In this document: positions 48,576 to 60,732 of the stretch, piece after piece
Numbering within the stretch: position 1 is the stretch's first letter
How the letters are laid out: each line of letters opens with the position of its first letter
Assembly (NCBI GenBank): GCA_963801815.1
Contig: CAWDGJ010000002.1
Coordinates: 608,001-672,000 of the forward strand
DNA: 64,000 nucleotides
Direction: 5' to 3'
Source: an uncultured Verrucomicrobiae bacterium
GTDB lineage: Bacteria > Verrucomicrobiota > Verrucomicrobiia > Chthoniobacterales > UBA10450
Made by a program: the position numbers and the translations under genes
Notes under the pieces: model-generated
Databases searched by the model: none
What the model saw: only the letters and a program-made list of their open reading frames with translations
Told to the model about the DNA's origin: nothing

Positions 48576-49522
48576 CTAGTCCTGCGTCGCAGCCAACTTT
48601 TTCGGAAAGCTTGGCCGCAGTTTGGCGAAGATCACAAACGCGAGCCCGATTGCGATGAGAAAAAACGAGTAGAACTGGCCGTGGGTGAATGGCCCAAACA
48701 TGCTCGCGTCCGGTTCGCGGAAATATTCGCACACGATCCGAAAGATCGCATAGAAGATGAAGAACAATCCGGTCAGGACACCGTTTGGCTGCCGCATTCG
48801 CGTGCGCACGAACCAGAGAATCGAAAAGAGAACGACCCCTTCAAAGAAAGCCTCGTAAAGCTGCGACGGATGTCGTGGAGTCAAAATTCCCCGCAGAATC
48901 TCTTTCACCTGGGGCTGGTGGCGCACTGCGACCACAATCGCGTCCGGCGTATTGAGCGCCGGATCGAGCTTGGTGCATTCCGTAATCGCCTGATTCGCCT
49001 CTGTGAAGTTTTCGTTCAGCTCCTTCGGAAACTGCATTGCCCAGGAAACGTCGGTCGCGCGGCCGTAAAGTTCGCCATTAATGAAATTCGCGCAGCGCAC
49101 GAGAAATAACCCAATCGGCGCCGCCACGACGAGATTATCGCCCAGATTCGTCCAGGAAACTCTATGACGGCGTGCGAAATAAAATGTGAACCAGCAGAAC
49201 GGCGATGATGCCGCCGTGGCTCGCCATTCCGCCTTCCCAAACGCGCAGAATCGACAACGGCTCGCGCAACATCTCCGGTTTGTACAAAAAAACGTAGCCA
49301 AGCCGTCCGCCGACAATCACGCCAAACAGGGCGCAGGCGGTGATGAAATCTCCCACTTTGTTAAGCGGCAGATCGGCATACCCGCGCCGGACTAACACTC
49401 GATAGACGACATAGGCAAACAGAAACGCGAGCACGTAACCGAGCCCGTACCACCGACGGTCCGACATTATCGTAAATGCGAAAGATCAGCGGATCGAGAT
49501 CGTGAATCCAATAAGCGAGCAT
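48576..49522 (-). CDS. lgt: Prolipoprotein diacylglyceryl transferase; frameshifts near 49470 and 49200
   Basis: RWYGLGY, GGRLGYV, EGGMASHGG, NFINGELYGR, RHPSQLYE, EYFREPD. Confidence 0.93.
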
Positions 49523-49536
49523 TTGGTGCGCGATTT

Positions 49537-52500
49537 TCACCGCGCAGTCGAACGATTCAATACTTTTCGCAAGAACGGCGCCGTCCGGCTGGTCTTGTTC
49601 TTCACGACCTGCTCCGGCGTTCCAACGGCAACGACTTTACCGCCGTCCGCGCCCGCCTCCGGTCCAAGATCGACAATGTAGTCGGCCTCCGCGATCACAC
49701 TCAAATTGTGCTCGATCACGATCACGGTGTTTCCCTCATCGACCAATCGATGCAGCACCTTGAGGAGAAGGTCGACGTCTGCCATGTGCAAGCCAATCGT
49801 CGGTTCTTCGAGCAGATAAAGCGTCGAACCGGGCTTGCGCATTTTGCGAATCCGCTCGTTTTCGGCGCGACCGACGCCCCGTTTCAATTGGGTGACGAGC
49901 TTCAGGCGTTGCGCTTCGCCGCCGCTTAGCGTCGGACTCGGCTGGCCGAGCTTGAGATAACCGAGTCCGGTTTCGACCAGCAACGAAAGCGGCCGAGCGA
50001 TCTTCGGATGGGCCGAGAAAAATTCCGCCGCTTCTTCGATCGTCATTTCCATCACGTCGCCGATCGATTTGTCGTTGTAGAGAACTTCGAGCGTTTGCGG
50101 ATTGTAACGGCGCCCGCCGCAGTCCTCGCACGGCACGAGCGCTTCCGGCAGAAAATTCATCTCCAGTTTGATCACGCCCTGGCCTTTGCAAGTCTCGCAT
50201 CGACCGCCTTCGGCATTGAACGAAAATCGACTGGCCGAATAGCCACGGACGCGTGAGACCGGCAGTTGCGCGTAGAGGTTTCGAATCTCGTCGAATACCT
50301 TGATATAAGTGCCCGGGGTAGAGCGCGACGTTTTGCCGATCGGCGATTGATCGACTTCGTAAACTGCTTCGATTTTCTCCGTGCCACTGACGAGCTTGAA
50401 TAATTCGCCGTTGCCGGTCCGCTTTTTGTTTTCCAACTGCTCGATCACAGCCGGTAACAACACATCATGCATTAATGTCGATTTTCCCGATCCCGAAATT
50501 CCGGTGATGACTGAAAGGCGTCCGACTGGAAACCGAACATCGACATTTTTCAGGTTGTTGGCGTGAGCCCCGTGCATGTCGATCCAGTCCTCGACCATTC
50601 GCAACGAACGGCGAGATTCGCGGGTCGGATGCGAAAGCGGTCTCTTGAGACAACGACCGGTCTCGGAATTTTTGGCGCGCTCGATGTCGTAGAGGGTGCC
50701 GGTGGCGACAACTTCGCCACCGTGCAAACCCGCGCGCGGCCCAAGATCGACAATGTGATCGGCCCGCCGCATCGTTTCGTCGTCGTGTTCTACGATCACG
50801 AGCGAATTTCCTTTCTCGCGAAGTGCGTTCGAGCGTGTCGAGCAACCGCAGATTGTCGCGGGGATGCAGTCCGATGGTCGGTTCGTCGAGGACGTAAAGC
50901 ACGCCGCGCAGATTCGAACCGAGCTGCGCCGCCAATCGAATTCGCTGCGATTCGCCGCCGCTCAAGGTCTTTGCGGAACGTCCGAGCGCGAGATAACCGA
51001 GACCGACATTCTCCATGAACCGCAACCGCTGCTTAATTTCGGGAATCAGATCGGCCGCAATGGTTTGTTGCCTACCGGCGAACTTTAACTTGTCGATCTT
51101 TTCCGCTGCTTCGCTCGCGGAAAGATTCGTGAACTGATCGATCGGCATTCCCTGCACCCGAACGTGTCGCGCAACCTCGTTAATGCGCGACCCGTGACAA
51201 CGCGGGCATTCGTGCGCTTCGGTTTCTTCGATCCATTCCGATTCCCGCTCGGCGCGGAGCTCATTCTCCAGAACCGAATCGCTGGTTTCCTCGGAAGCGG
51301 TTTGAAATTCCTGATCCCAAATTTCGCCGAACCCGCCGCATTCTTCGCAGGCCCCGTGCGGCGAGTTGAACGAGAACAACCGGGGATCGAGCTCCTCGAA
51401 GGCGCGCCCGCAATCCGGACAACTCATCTCCGTGCTCACGATGGTGAGCCGATTTTTCGCATCGAGCAGATGCGCCGTGCCCCGGCCGATCTCCAAGGCG
51501 CGTTGCGCGAGATTGCGCGCTTTCACAATCCGCTTGGCATCGATCACGCCGACAACAACCTCGATCGTGTGTTCTTTGAAACGTTCCAGCTTTCGGAACT
51601 GTGGAATCGGAATCAGCTGCCCATCGACAAACAGTGTGTCGAAGCCCTGACGCTCGGCCCAGCGCGCGACATCGGTGTGAAATCCTTTTCGGGCTTTCAC
51701 CAGTGGCGCGAGCACCTTGAGCGGGCCGCGCTTTGCGGCCGCCTCGATCTGTTTGACGATCGCGGCCAGACTCTGGCTCTCGACCGGCAAATCGCAGTCC
51801 GGACAAAACTGGGTGCCGGTTTTCGCAAAGAGCAAACGAAGAAAATGATAAACCTCGGTCACTGTGGCGACGGTCGATTTGCCTCCGCCGCGGGTCACGC
51901 GCTGCTCGATCGCAACACTCGGCGGCAAGCCAGTGACTAGATCGACATCAGGTTTCTCGAGTTGCTCCACGAACTGCCGCGCGTAGGGCGACATGCTGTC
52001 GAGAAATCTCCGTTGTCCTTCGGCAAACAAAATGTCGAATGCGAGGGTCGATTTTCCTGAGCCGCTTAATCCCGTAATCACGACCATCTGGTCGCGCGGA
52101 ATTTTGACGTCGATGTTCTTGAGATTGTGCTCGCGTGCGCCGTGAATGCCGATCGCACCGTTGGTCTTGGTGATTTTGAAACGCGACGACGTTTCCGCTG
52201 CGTGGGCAAGCTCCTGCTCCTCATCTTCCGGATAAGAAATTCGTGGCGAGGCGCCACGAATAGCACGCGAGGCGCGCGCGCTCCCCAGAATTGACTTCAA
52301 AAATCTTCCAGTGTGCGATTTCTCATTCTTTGCGACCTGCTCCGGCGTTCCGGTCCCGACGACTTCGCCGCCCTCTTCGCCCGCCTCCGGACCAAGATCG
52401 ACAATCCAGTCGGCGCATTTGATCACTTCAAGATTGTGCTCGATCACGATGAGCGAATGTCCGGCGGCGACCAATCGCTGAAAGACCTGAAGCAGCATCG

Positions 52501-55333
52501 CGACGTCATCGAAATGCAGGCCCGTCGTCGGCTCATCGAAGATAAATAAGTTTCCGCGATGCTCGCCATTCGTTTTTGCAGGCGAGACGCCTGCCGCCAC
52601 AGAAGACTCAGCCAAATGACGGACGAGCTTGAGGCGCTGCGATTCACCGCCGCTAAGCGTGTTCAAGGGTTGACCCAGCCGCAAATAGCCGAGACCGACT
52701 TCGTCCAAGACATCGAGCGGTTCCGACAAGGTTTTCGTCTCGCCGATCTTGGCGAAGAACTGAATCGCTTCCTGCACGGTGAGGTCGAGCAAATCGTGAA
52801 TCGACTTGCCGTGCAGCTTTATTTTGAGCACGTGCGGCTGGAACCGTTTCCCTTCGCACTCTGCGCAGCGCACATAAAGATCACTCAGAAATTGCATCTC
52901 GATCTTCTCGAATCCGGTGCCGGAGCAACGTTCGCAGCGGCCGCTGCCGGAATTGAAAGAGAACGCGCTGGCGGTCAGGCCTTGCGACATTGCTTCCGGC
53001 TGCGCGGCGAACATTTCGCGGACCCGATCGTAGAGACCGAGATAAAGAATCGGCGTGCTGCGCGGTGTGCGCGCAAGCGGGGATTGATCGACCATCACAA
53101 CCTGATCAATGCGGTGGGCGCCAGTGACGGATTTGCAGGCACCCACTTCTTGATCGGACGATTGGCCTTTGGCAACGAGCAAGTTCCGGTAAAGCACTTC
53201 GTGGATCAGCGTCGATTTGCCTGAACCGGAAACGCCGGTCACGCAGGTGAAAACGCCAAGAGGAAGATCGACGTCGATCTTCTTGAGATTGTGTTCGCGC
53301 GCGCCGGTGATCTTAATTGACACGCTCGATTTCCGTCGCGATTTCGGGGCCGGAATTTTTTTGCGACCACTCAGGTAATCGGCGGTCAGCGATTTGTTCT
53401 TGAACAACAGTTGATCGAGCGCTCCGTTGAACACGAGTTCGCCGCCGCGTTCGCCCCGGCCGGGCCCGATGTCGATCAAGTTGTCGGCCGCTCGAATGAT
53501 TTGTTCTTCGTGCTCGACCACAAGCAATGTATTGCCGCGGTCGCGCAAATTGTGCATAACGCGGACGAGTCGTCCAATGTCGCGCGGATGAAGCCCGATG
53601 CTCGGCTCGTCCATGACGAACAGCGTGTTGACCAGCGATGCACCGAGACAGGTGGTAAGATTCACGCGTTGAACTTCGCCGCCGCTCAAGGTGCGCGTGG
53701 AACGATCGAGGGTGAGATAACCGACACCGACCTCGCAAAGATAATTGAGACGCGCGCAAATCTCGTCGCGCAACATCTGCGCAGTCGAATCATTTTGCTG
53801 GATGCCGATTTTTCCGAGTAAATTGCGCGCGTTCGAGATCGGGAGAGCGGCGAAATCGGGAAGAGTGAGAAGGATCGCGGATCGCGGATTGGGGATCGCG
53901 GAGAGTTTGTAGTTCAGCGCTTCAGGTTGAAAACGGCCCCCGTGGCAGCTCGGACACGTCGTGTAGGAGCGATACCGGCTGAGGAGAACGCGCATGTGCA
54001 TCTTGTAAACCTGCGATTCTGCCCATCGGAAAAATCCACGCACGCCGTACCAGCGGTCATTTTCATAATCGTCGTCGCTGTAACTCTCTCCTCGTTCCCG
54101 CGCAGTGGCGACCGACCTCTCGCCATTGATAACGAAATCCTGATCCGTTTTCGGCAATTCTTCGAACGGCACATCAATATCAACCTCTTCCCGGGCGCAG
54201 GCCCGGAGCAGATCTTTTTGCGATTCGCCAAACTCCTGACCACGAAAAACACGGACCACGCCCTGTTTGATCGACAACGAGCGATCGGGAATCGCCTTAT
54301 TTAGGTCGATAGTGATCGTTCGTCCGAAACCGCGGCATTCCGGACAAGCACCAAGCGGACTATTGAAACTGAAAAGTCCAGGCGACGGCGGACGAATATC
54401 GATATCGCAATGCGCGCAGTGCCAACCCACGGAAAAAGGATGAGGGTTGAGGGATGAAGGCTGAGAGGCGGAATCAATTGGGATGATGTTAACTTTCCCT
54501 TTGCCAAAGCGCAGAGCCGTCTCCAGCGCTTCGACCAGACGCGCGCGATTTTCGGAAGTGATCGCGATCCGATCCTGAATGACTTGAACCCGCGCCCCGA
54601 GCCGTTTGATTTTTTTCGAGTCGTCATCGACCCGCACGACTTCATCGTCGATCCAGACCCGGAGGTAACCTTGTTGCTGGAGAAATTCGAAAAACTTTTG
54701 GGGATCGGTTTTGGCCGGAACGGCAATCCAGAAAGTAACGAGAACCGTTGCCGGTCGTTGTTTCTTGTCATCCTGAGCGGAGCGAAGCGGAGTCGAAGGA
54801 TCTCTGGATTTCTCTGAAATAGTCAGAGATTCTTCGCTGCGCTCAGAATGACAGGCTGAGAATAGTGAGACAACTTGATCGGCAATCGACTTTGCGGTTT
54901 CGGACCGGATCTCGCGGCCGCAGTTCGGGCAAAGCGCTTTGGCGATCCGCGGCCAGAGCAATTTCAAGTAATCGTTGATCTCCGTCATCGTGCCGACGGT
55001 CGAGCGCGATGTCTTCACCGGGTTCGATTGCTCGATCGCGATAGCCGGCGGGATTCCACGAATGTCGTCGACGCGCGGCTTGTCCATGCGGTCGAGGAAT
55101 TGCCGCATGTAAGGCGAAAACGTTTCGACGTAACGGCGCTGGCCTTCGGCGTAGATGGTCTCGAACGCGAGCGAGGATTTGCCGGAACCGCTCGGCCCCG
55201 TGACGACGGTCAATTTCCCGAGCGGAAGATCGACATCGACGCCTTTAAGATTGTTCTGACGCGCCCCTCGAACCTCAATGCAGTCCGTCGCGCCGGCTTT
55301 CGCGCGTTTTTTTTGAGCGATCTTCGAACCCAC
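49537..55333 (-). CDS. uvrA: Excinuclease ABC subunit A, double-length type; one frameshift near 50825
   Basis: Four Walker A motifs ([32 protein letters not shown]), four LSGGE signatures, Zn-finger Cys pairs. Confidence 0.95.
54766..54853. repeat. Palindromic element, family C, in-frame within uvrA
   Basis: Terminal IR tgtcatcctgagcg/cgctcagaatgaca; encodes CHSERSEES...[13 protein letters not shown]; half-copy at 21382-21408. Confidence 0.85.
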
Positions 55334-55451
55334 TGGAGATTATCGGTGCGCGTCAAACGCGATGCAACTTCGGTGCAACGTAATTGGACCAATCGATCGC
55401 GCCCCAACCTGGTGACTCTTCGGGTCAATTACCTACGCCAAACTCGGCGGA

Positions 55452-55598
55452 CTAAGGGCTTTGGGTGAACGTCGCGGTTTCGGTAATGGGGCCGTTCATT
55501 GTGATCGATCCCATCTTCGTTGTGCCCGAGAAGGAACCGCTGCCAGTGCCAGCCCAATTACTGAAAGTAAAGCCAGTCGATGTAGTTGCGTTGATCGC
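55452..55598 (-). pseudogene. Orphan fragment resembling a divergent InlB B-repeat domain
   Basis: AINATTSTGFTFSNWAGTGSGSFSGTTKMGSITMNGPITETATFTQSP*; no start codon upstream of the repeat. Confidence 0.6.
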
Positions 55599-55613
55599 TC
55601 GATGGGATCGACG

Positions 55614-57425
55614 CTATTTTGCGAATTTTTCGGCAAGCCTGTCGTGTTGGGCGAGCAGTTCGCGCGGCATGTCTTTGCCCAGCGAGTCGAAGAATTTCTG
55701 CTCCGCCTCGAGCTCCCATCTCCACTCGTCAGGCTTGATCGTGAACAATGCGCGCATCGTTTCGCGCGTGACATCGAGCTCGGCGAGGTCGAAGTCCTCC
55801 GGTCGCGGGATCGTGCCGACCTCAGTTTCGGCGCCGCCGCCATGCCCCTCGCAGCGATCGAGGATCCATTTCAAGACGCGCATGTTTTCGCCGAATCCGG
55901 GCCACAAAAATTTTCCGTCAGCGCCTTTGCGGAACCAGTTCACATGAAAAATGAGCGGCGGATTGGTGAGACGCGGACCAATCTCGAGCCAATGCTGAAA
56001 ATATTGGCCCATGTTGTAGCCGCAGAACGGCAACATCGCCATCGGATCGCGGCGCACCTGACCGACGGCGCCAGCTGCGGCCGCGGTCGTTTCCGAACCC
56101 ATGGTGGCGCCGACGTAGTCGCCGTGCTCCCAATCGCGCGCTTGAAAAACGAGCGGCATGGTGTCGCTGCGGCGTCCGCCGAAAATGATCGCACTGATCG
56201 GAACGCCTTCGCCTTTCTCGAAATCGGGATCGAGCACCGGGATTGTTGCGGCACGGCGCGGTGAATCGCGAATTTGGGATGCGCCGCTTTTTCTTTTGAA
56301 TCCGGCGTCCAGTCGTTCCCGCGCCAATCGATGGCGTGTTTCGGCGGCGGACCGTCCTTGCCTTCCCACCAAACGTCGCCGTCATCGGTCAGCGCGACGT
56401 TGGTGTAAAGCGTGTCGCTGCGCGATCGTCTTCATCGCGTTCGGATTCGATTTGTAATTCGTCCCGGGCACCACACCGAAGTAACCGTTCTCCGGATTGA
56501 CCGCGTACAAGCGGCCATCGCGGATCTGCATCCAGGCGATGTCGTCGCCGACGGTGGTGACTTTCCAGCCGGCAAAATGTTTTGGCGGAATCAGCATCGC
56601 AAAATTGGTCTTGCCGCAGGCGCTGGGAAACGCCGCCGCGACGTAATGTTTTTTCCCTTCGGGCGATTCGACTCCGAGGATCAACATGTGCTCGGCCATC
56701 CAGCCCTGCTTGCGTCGCGAGATAAGAGCCGATGCGAAGCGCGAGACATTTCTTGCTCAGCAAAACGTTGCCGCCGTAACCGGAGCCGACCGAAATGATC
56801 GTGTTGTCCTGCGGAAAATGGCAGATGAAACGACGCTGCCGGATTGACATCTAATAGATGAGTGCACGCCGCGGTTCCACTCCGCTTTCGGATCGTTCCC
56901 AAGCCGCTTGACTGCGACCTCGCCCATGCGGGTCATGATTCGCATGCTGAGCACGACGTAAATCGAATCGGTGATTTCAAATCCGACCTTGGTCAGCGGC
57001 GAATCGGGCGGGCCCATGATGTAGGGAATGACGAACATGGTGCGTCCGCGCATCGCGCCTTTTAGCAGTCCGTGTAAGTTTCGAATACGTCTCAGCCGGT
57101 TCGCTCCAGTTGTTGGTTGGCCCGGCTTCTTCCTTGGTCGGGGTGCAGATGAAAGTGAATTGTTCGACCCGCGCGACGTCGTTCGGATTCGAGCGATGCA
57201 AGTAAGAGCGCGGAACTTTCTGCTCGTTCAGTTTGAACAAGACTCCCTGCTTCATGCCTGGTCGAGCAGGAACTGGTGTTCGCGCTCGGACCCGTCGCAC
57301 CAGAAAATGTTTTCCGGTTTGGCGAGCAGCTCGACTTCGTGCACCCAATCGAGCACGGCCTGGTTTTGCGGCTGGCGGTCGCCGATTCCTTGCGGCGGCG
57401 AAATGGCGGGTGCGAGATTTTTCAT
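55614..57425 (-). CDS. pckG: GTP-dependent phosphoenolpyruvate carboxykinase; several frameshifts
   Basis: [81 protein letters not shown] across successive frames. Confidence 0.93.
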
Positions 57426-57609
57426 GACTACTCGGCTCGACCTTGCAGGGTATCGTCCTGCTGGATCGAGCGAGTGACGAATTTCCTCCGGTTCGGGCCG
57501 TTCTCCAAGAAATTTTTCGTCCGAGATAGGAGCCGCATCAGCGTTGGACTGGCAGCTTAAAGATTCAATGAGTCTTGCACATGGAATGCTGCGGTTGTCT
57601 ATTTGTAAC

Positions 57610-58455
57610 ATGTTCGGGGTCACTACCTCTGATGACTACCGGCCGGTGACGTGGATGGGGCGTTACCCGGTTGATGTGACGACGATCTTGGTCGGGGTGC
57701 ACGTGGCCTGCGCCATCCTTACGGCCTTCTTGTTTGCGATCGGGAACGCTGGCGTTCTGAACTACGCGATGTTCGATAGCATGGAGGTCTTGCGCGGACA
57801 AATCTGGCGCCTCGTTACTTACGCCTTCATTCATCAGCCAGCCGGATACGCCCTGCTCTGGTTCGCGGTCGAAATGTACATGCTGTTTTTCTTCGGGCGC
57901 GAGGTGGAGCGGTTCATTGGCCGTCGAGCCTACATCTGGCTTTACCTGCTCTTGCTGATCGTGCCGGCGCTCATCCTGGCGGCATGGGGGCTGAAAATGC
58001 GCACGGGCCTCTCGGGTTCCGGAGCGCTCCACTTCGCCGTGTTCGCCGCGTTCGTGACCCTTTATCCAAACGTTCAATTCTTTCTCCGAATCGCGGCCAA
58101 ATGGGTCTTCGTCATTCTCGCGGCGATCGCTACCTTGAGCGCACTGGCGGCGCACGATTGGCAGGATCTCCTGGTGCTTTGCGCAAGTTGCACACTGGCG
58201 TTCATCTTCATCGAATTCCGCGGCGCCGGCCCGGAGTTAGCATGGGTCAGCAACCTTAAATCGCGGCTGCGGCCGAAACCGAAACTGTACGTTGTGCAGA
58301 AGCCGACACCGCGCCGCGTGGTCGAACCTGACGATGTCTATGCCTCGATCGATCCAATCCTGGACAAGATTTCCAAGTCCGGTATGGGCAGTTTGAACGA
58401 GACGGAGCGAAAAATTCTCGAGCGCGCCCGAAACCGTTTGTTGAAGAAGGATTAG
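57610..58455 (+). CDS. Rhomboid-family membrane protein with C-terminal helical domain
   Basis: GQIWRLVTYAFIH, FFGREVE, C-terminal IDPILDKISKSGMGSL. Confidence 0.8.
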   Translation: MFGVTTSDDYRPVTWMGRYPVDVTTILVGVHVACAILTAFLFAIGNAGVLNYAMFDSMEVLRGQIWRLVTYAFIHQPAGYALLWFAVEMYMLFFFGREVERFIGRRAYIWLYLLLLIVPALILAAWGLKMRTGLSGSGALHFAVFAAFVTLYPNVQFFLRIAAKWVFVILAAIATLSALAAHDWQDLLVLCASCTLAFIFIEFRGAGPELAWVSNLKSRLRPKPKLYVVQKPTPRRVVEPDDVYASIDPILDKISKSGMGSLNETERKILERARNRLLKKD

Positions 58456-58464
58456 AAAACGTTG

Positions 58465-58530
58465 GTAGGGCAAGCGAACGCCGCAACGATTTGGCCGCTC
58501 TAAAATTGGCAGGCGAGGCACCTGCCTTAC
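58465..58530. repeat. Degenerate GTAG-type REP between convergent genes
   Basis: gtagggcaagcg...ggcaggcgaggcacctgccttac. Confidence 0.6.
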
Positions 58531-58535
58531 AATTT

Positions 58536-58997
58536 TCAGATTGAAGGCATACCGAGAAGCGTCGCCACAAATTCATCCACGCTCTCGGAATGGAGCAGAA
58601 GTGTTCGCAACGGCCGATCCCTGGTGATGCGAGCAATCGCGCCGACGACAACGAGGTAATCGCTGATTAATCGTTCCGGCACGGCGATCAGGAAAATCAG
58701 GTACGCGATTTCCCCTTTGCCGCTCCACGGAACTCCTGCCTCGCTTCGGCCAATCGCCAGGACAATTTCGTCCACGAGTTTGCTGCGTGCGTGCGGAAAC
58801 GCGACTCCGTCGGCGGCATAAGTTGAATTCACGTCTTCTCGCGCATGCAGTTCCTCCAAAAACTTTGTCGCATTGCCGATCTTCCCGGCGGCTACGAGCA
58901 AGTCGACAAGCTCACGCAGCGCGTCCGACTGAGTGCGGGCAGAAAGATTGAGCGCGATTTGGTTCCGATCGATGAGGTCAGTCAGGACAATAGCCAT
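58536..58997 (-). CDS. PTS EIIA (fructose/mannitol/Ntr type) domain protein
   Basis: ARE..NST...GVAFPHAR phospho-His motif. Confidence 0.9.
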   Translation of the reverse strand: MAIVLTDLIDRNQIALNLSARTQSDALRELVDLLVAAGKIGNATKFLEELHAREDVNSTYAADGVAFPHARSKLVDEIVLAIGRSEAGVPWSGKGEIAYLIFLIAVPERLISDYLVVVGAIARITRDRPLRTLLLHSESVDEFVATLLGMPSI

Positions 58998-59065
58998 GGA
59001 ACGGTAAGGAATACTAAGCAGGAAATGTTGGATTCTGTGTCAGTTATCCAGTTAATTGATCGGTC

Positions 59066-59788
59066 GTGCCAACTGAAAACGGCGTCCCGGCCGCAACAAC
59101 CCAGGAAAGGACCGTCTCGCTCCAGCGCAGTATTTACGACCCCGGATACGTAAATGCGATGTCGCATTTTTATCGTGGCGAAATGAACCGGATCATGGTC
59201 TGGCGACAACGTCTCGACATCACAACGAACTGGGCGATCACCAGCAGCACCGCGATCATCACCATCGCGTTTGCGAACGCGTCAGTGCCGCACATCATTT
59301 TCTTTTTCAATCTCGCCATCGTGTGGGTGATGCTCTGGATCGAGGCGCGCCGCTACCGTTTCTACGACGCTTTCCGCGCACGCATCCGGATGCTGGAAGC
59401 GCATTTTCTCGTCCCGATGGTAATGGAAAACCGCGATCTCCTGCAGGGCGAGTGGAAGAAACTCGTCTGCGAAGATTTGATTCTGCCCTGTTTCAAGATC
59501 AGCAAGCTGGAAGCGATCGGCCGCCGGTTGAAACGGAATTACGTTTTCATTTTCATTCTCATTTTGGTGGCATGGATCACAAAGATCTTTCTTCACGCAC
59601 CGATGGCTATGGACAGCTTACCGTCGTTTTACAACGCGCTGCGGGTAGGCCATATCCCATCGTGGTTGGTCGCGTTCGTCTTCGTCGGGACATTCGCCAG
59701 CATCATTGGAATCACGATTTACGTGAGCAAGAAATCCTCCGGCGAAATCTCTGAATTCGGAACACACCGCTCGCTCTGGCACATTTGA
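59066..59788 (+). CDS. DUF2270-like membrane protein
   Basis: HFYRGEM.R...WRQRLDITTNWA, IEARRYRF, RRLKRNY. Confidence 0.85.
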   Translation: MPTENGVPAATTQERTVSLQRSIYDPGYVNAMSHFYRGEMNRIMVWRQRLDITTNWAITSSTAIITIAFANASVPHIIFFFNLAIVWVMLWIEARRYRFYDAFRARIRMLEAHFLVPMVMENRDLLQGEWKKLVCEDLILPCFKISKLEAIGRRLKRNYVFIFILILVAWITKIFLHAPMAMDSLPSFYNALRVGHIPSWLVAFVFVGTFASIIGITIYVSKKSSGEISEFGTHRSLWHI

Positions 59789-59830
59789 AGAAGTTGATAG
59801 TTGTTGGTTGAGAGTTGATAGAAATGCGCG

Positions 59831-60634
59831 ATGCGGACCGCTATCGACTATCAACAATTGACTAACAGCTTTGCCAAACTTTGCGAGATCGTCGCGAAGT
59901 TACGCGCGCCTGGCGGTTGTCCGTGGGACCGGGAACAGACAAACGAATCACTATTGCCAGCGACCATCGAAGAGGCCTATGAAGTCGCCGAAGCGGCACG
60001 GGCAAAGGACGACGCGCATTTTCGTGAAGAGCTGGGCGATCTTCTGCTGTTGGGGGTGATGCACGCCGAGATCGCGAACGAAGCCGGGCGATTCAGCATC
60101 GACAATGTGATTAGCGAAGTTACCGAGAAACTGATCCGCCGGCATCCGCACGTTTTTGGGAGCAGCGACGCCCGTGACAGCGGCGCAGTCTTGAAACAAT
60201 GGGAAGCAATCAAGCGCGAAGAGAAAAAGACAGATACGCATTATCTTGCGAGTCTGCCGAAAGCGTTGCCCGCGCTTCAGCGCGCGCAAAAAGCACAGAG
60301 CAAAGTCGCACGCGTTAATTTCGACTGGACCGAACTCGGCGACGTTATCGCGAAAGTAGAGGAGGAGTTGGGCGAGCTGAAACGGGCGATCAAAAGCGAA
60401 GATCGACAAGCGATTGAAGATGAAACCGGCGACCTGCTGTTCGCGGTGGTGAATCTCAGCCGCAAATGCAAACTCGACGCCGAATCCACTCTCCAAGCCG
60501 CGACCGACAAGTTCGTTCGCCGGTTTAACCTGTTGGAAGATGAGCTAAAAGCTCGCGGGAAAAAACTCGGCGACGTCGGTCTTGCCGAGCTGGACTCGAT
60601 TTGGAACGAGCTAAAGAAAGATACTCGATCGTAG
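59831..60634 (+). CDS. mazG: Nucleoside triphosphate pyrophosphohydrolase
   Basis: LRAPGGCPWDREQT, EEAYE, EELGDLL, KLIRRHPHVF, second EE..E/GDLLF domain; exact start uncertain. Confidence 0.95.
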   Translation: MRTAIDYQQLTNSFAKLCEIVAKLRAPGGCPWDREQTNESLLPATIEEAYEVAEAARAKDDAHFREELGDLLLLGVMHAEIANEAGRFSIDNVISEVTEKLIRRHPHVFGSSDARDSGAVLKQWEAIKREEKKTDTHYLASLPKALPALQRAQKAQSKVARVNFDWTELGDVIAKVEEELGELKRAIKSEDRQAIEDETGDLLFAVVNLSRKCKLDAESTLQAATDKFVRRFNLLEDELKARGKKLGDVGLAELDSIWNELKKDTRS

Positions 60635-60732
60635 ATCCTTGATGCTCGATTCCGACCCAGTCCCAAGGAGCCGGCATCTTTGGCGAAGCACGTTTGCTTC
60701 CGCCCCCGATCGCGGCATATTCCCCGTCCCCG

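Noticed and set aside
46429..57425. Frameshifts in the tonB/tolA-like gene, tolQ, lgt, uvrA and pckG as pseudogenes or programmed frameshifting
   Set aside because: Indels are scattered through conserved and normally essential genes (lgt) with otherwise intact motifs and no shared slippery site; long-read consensus error is the simplest explanation. Read polishing would decide.
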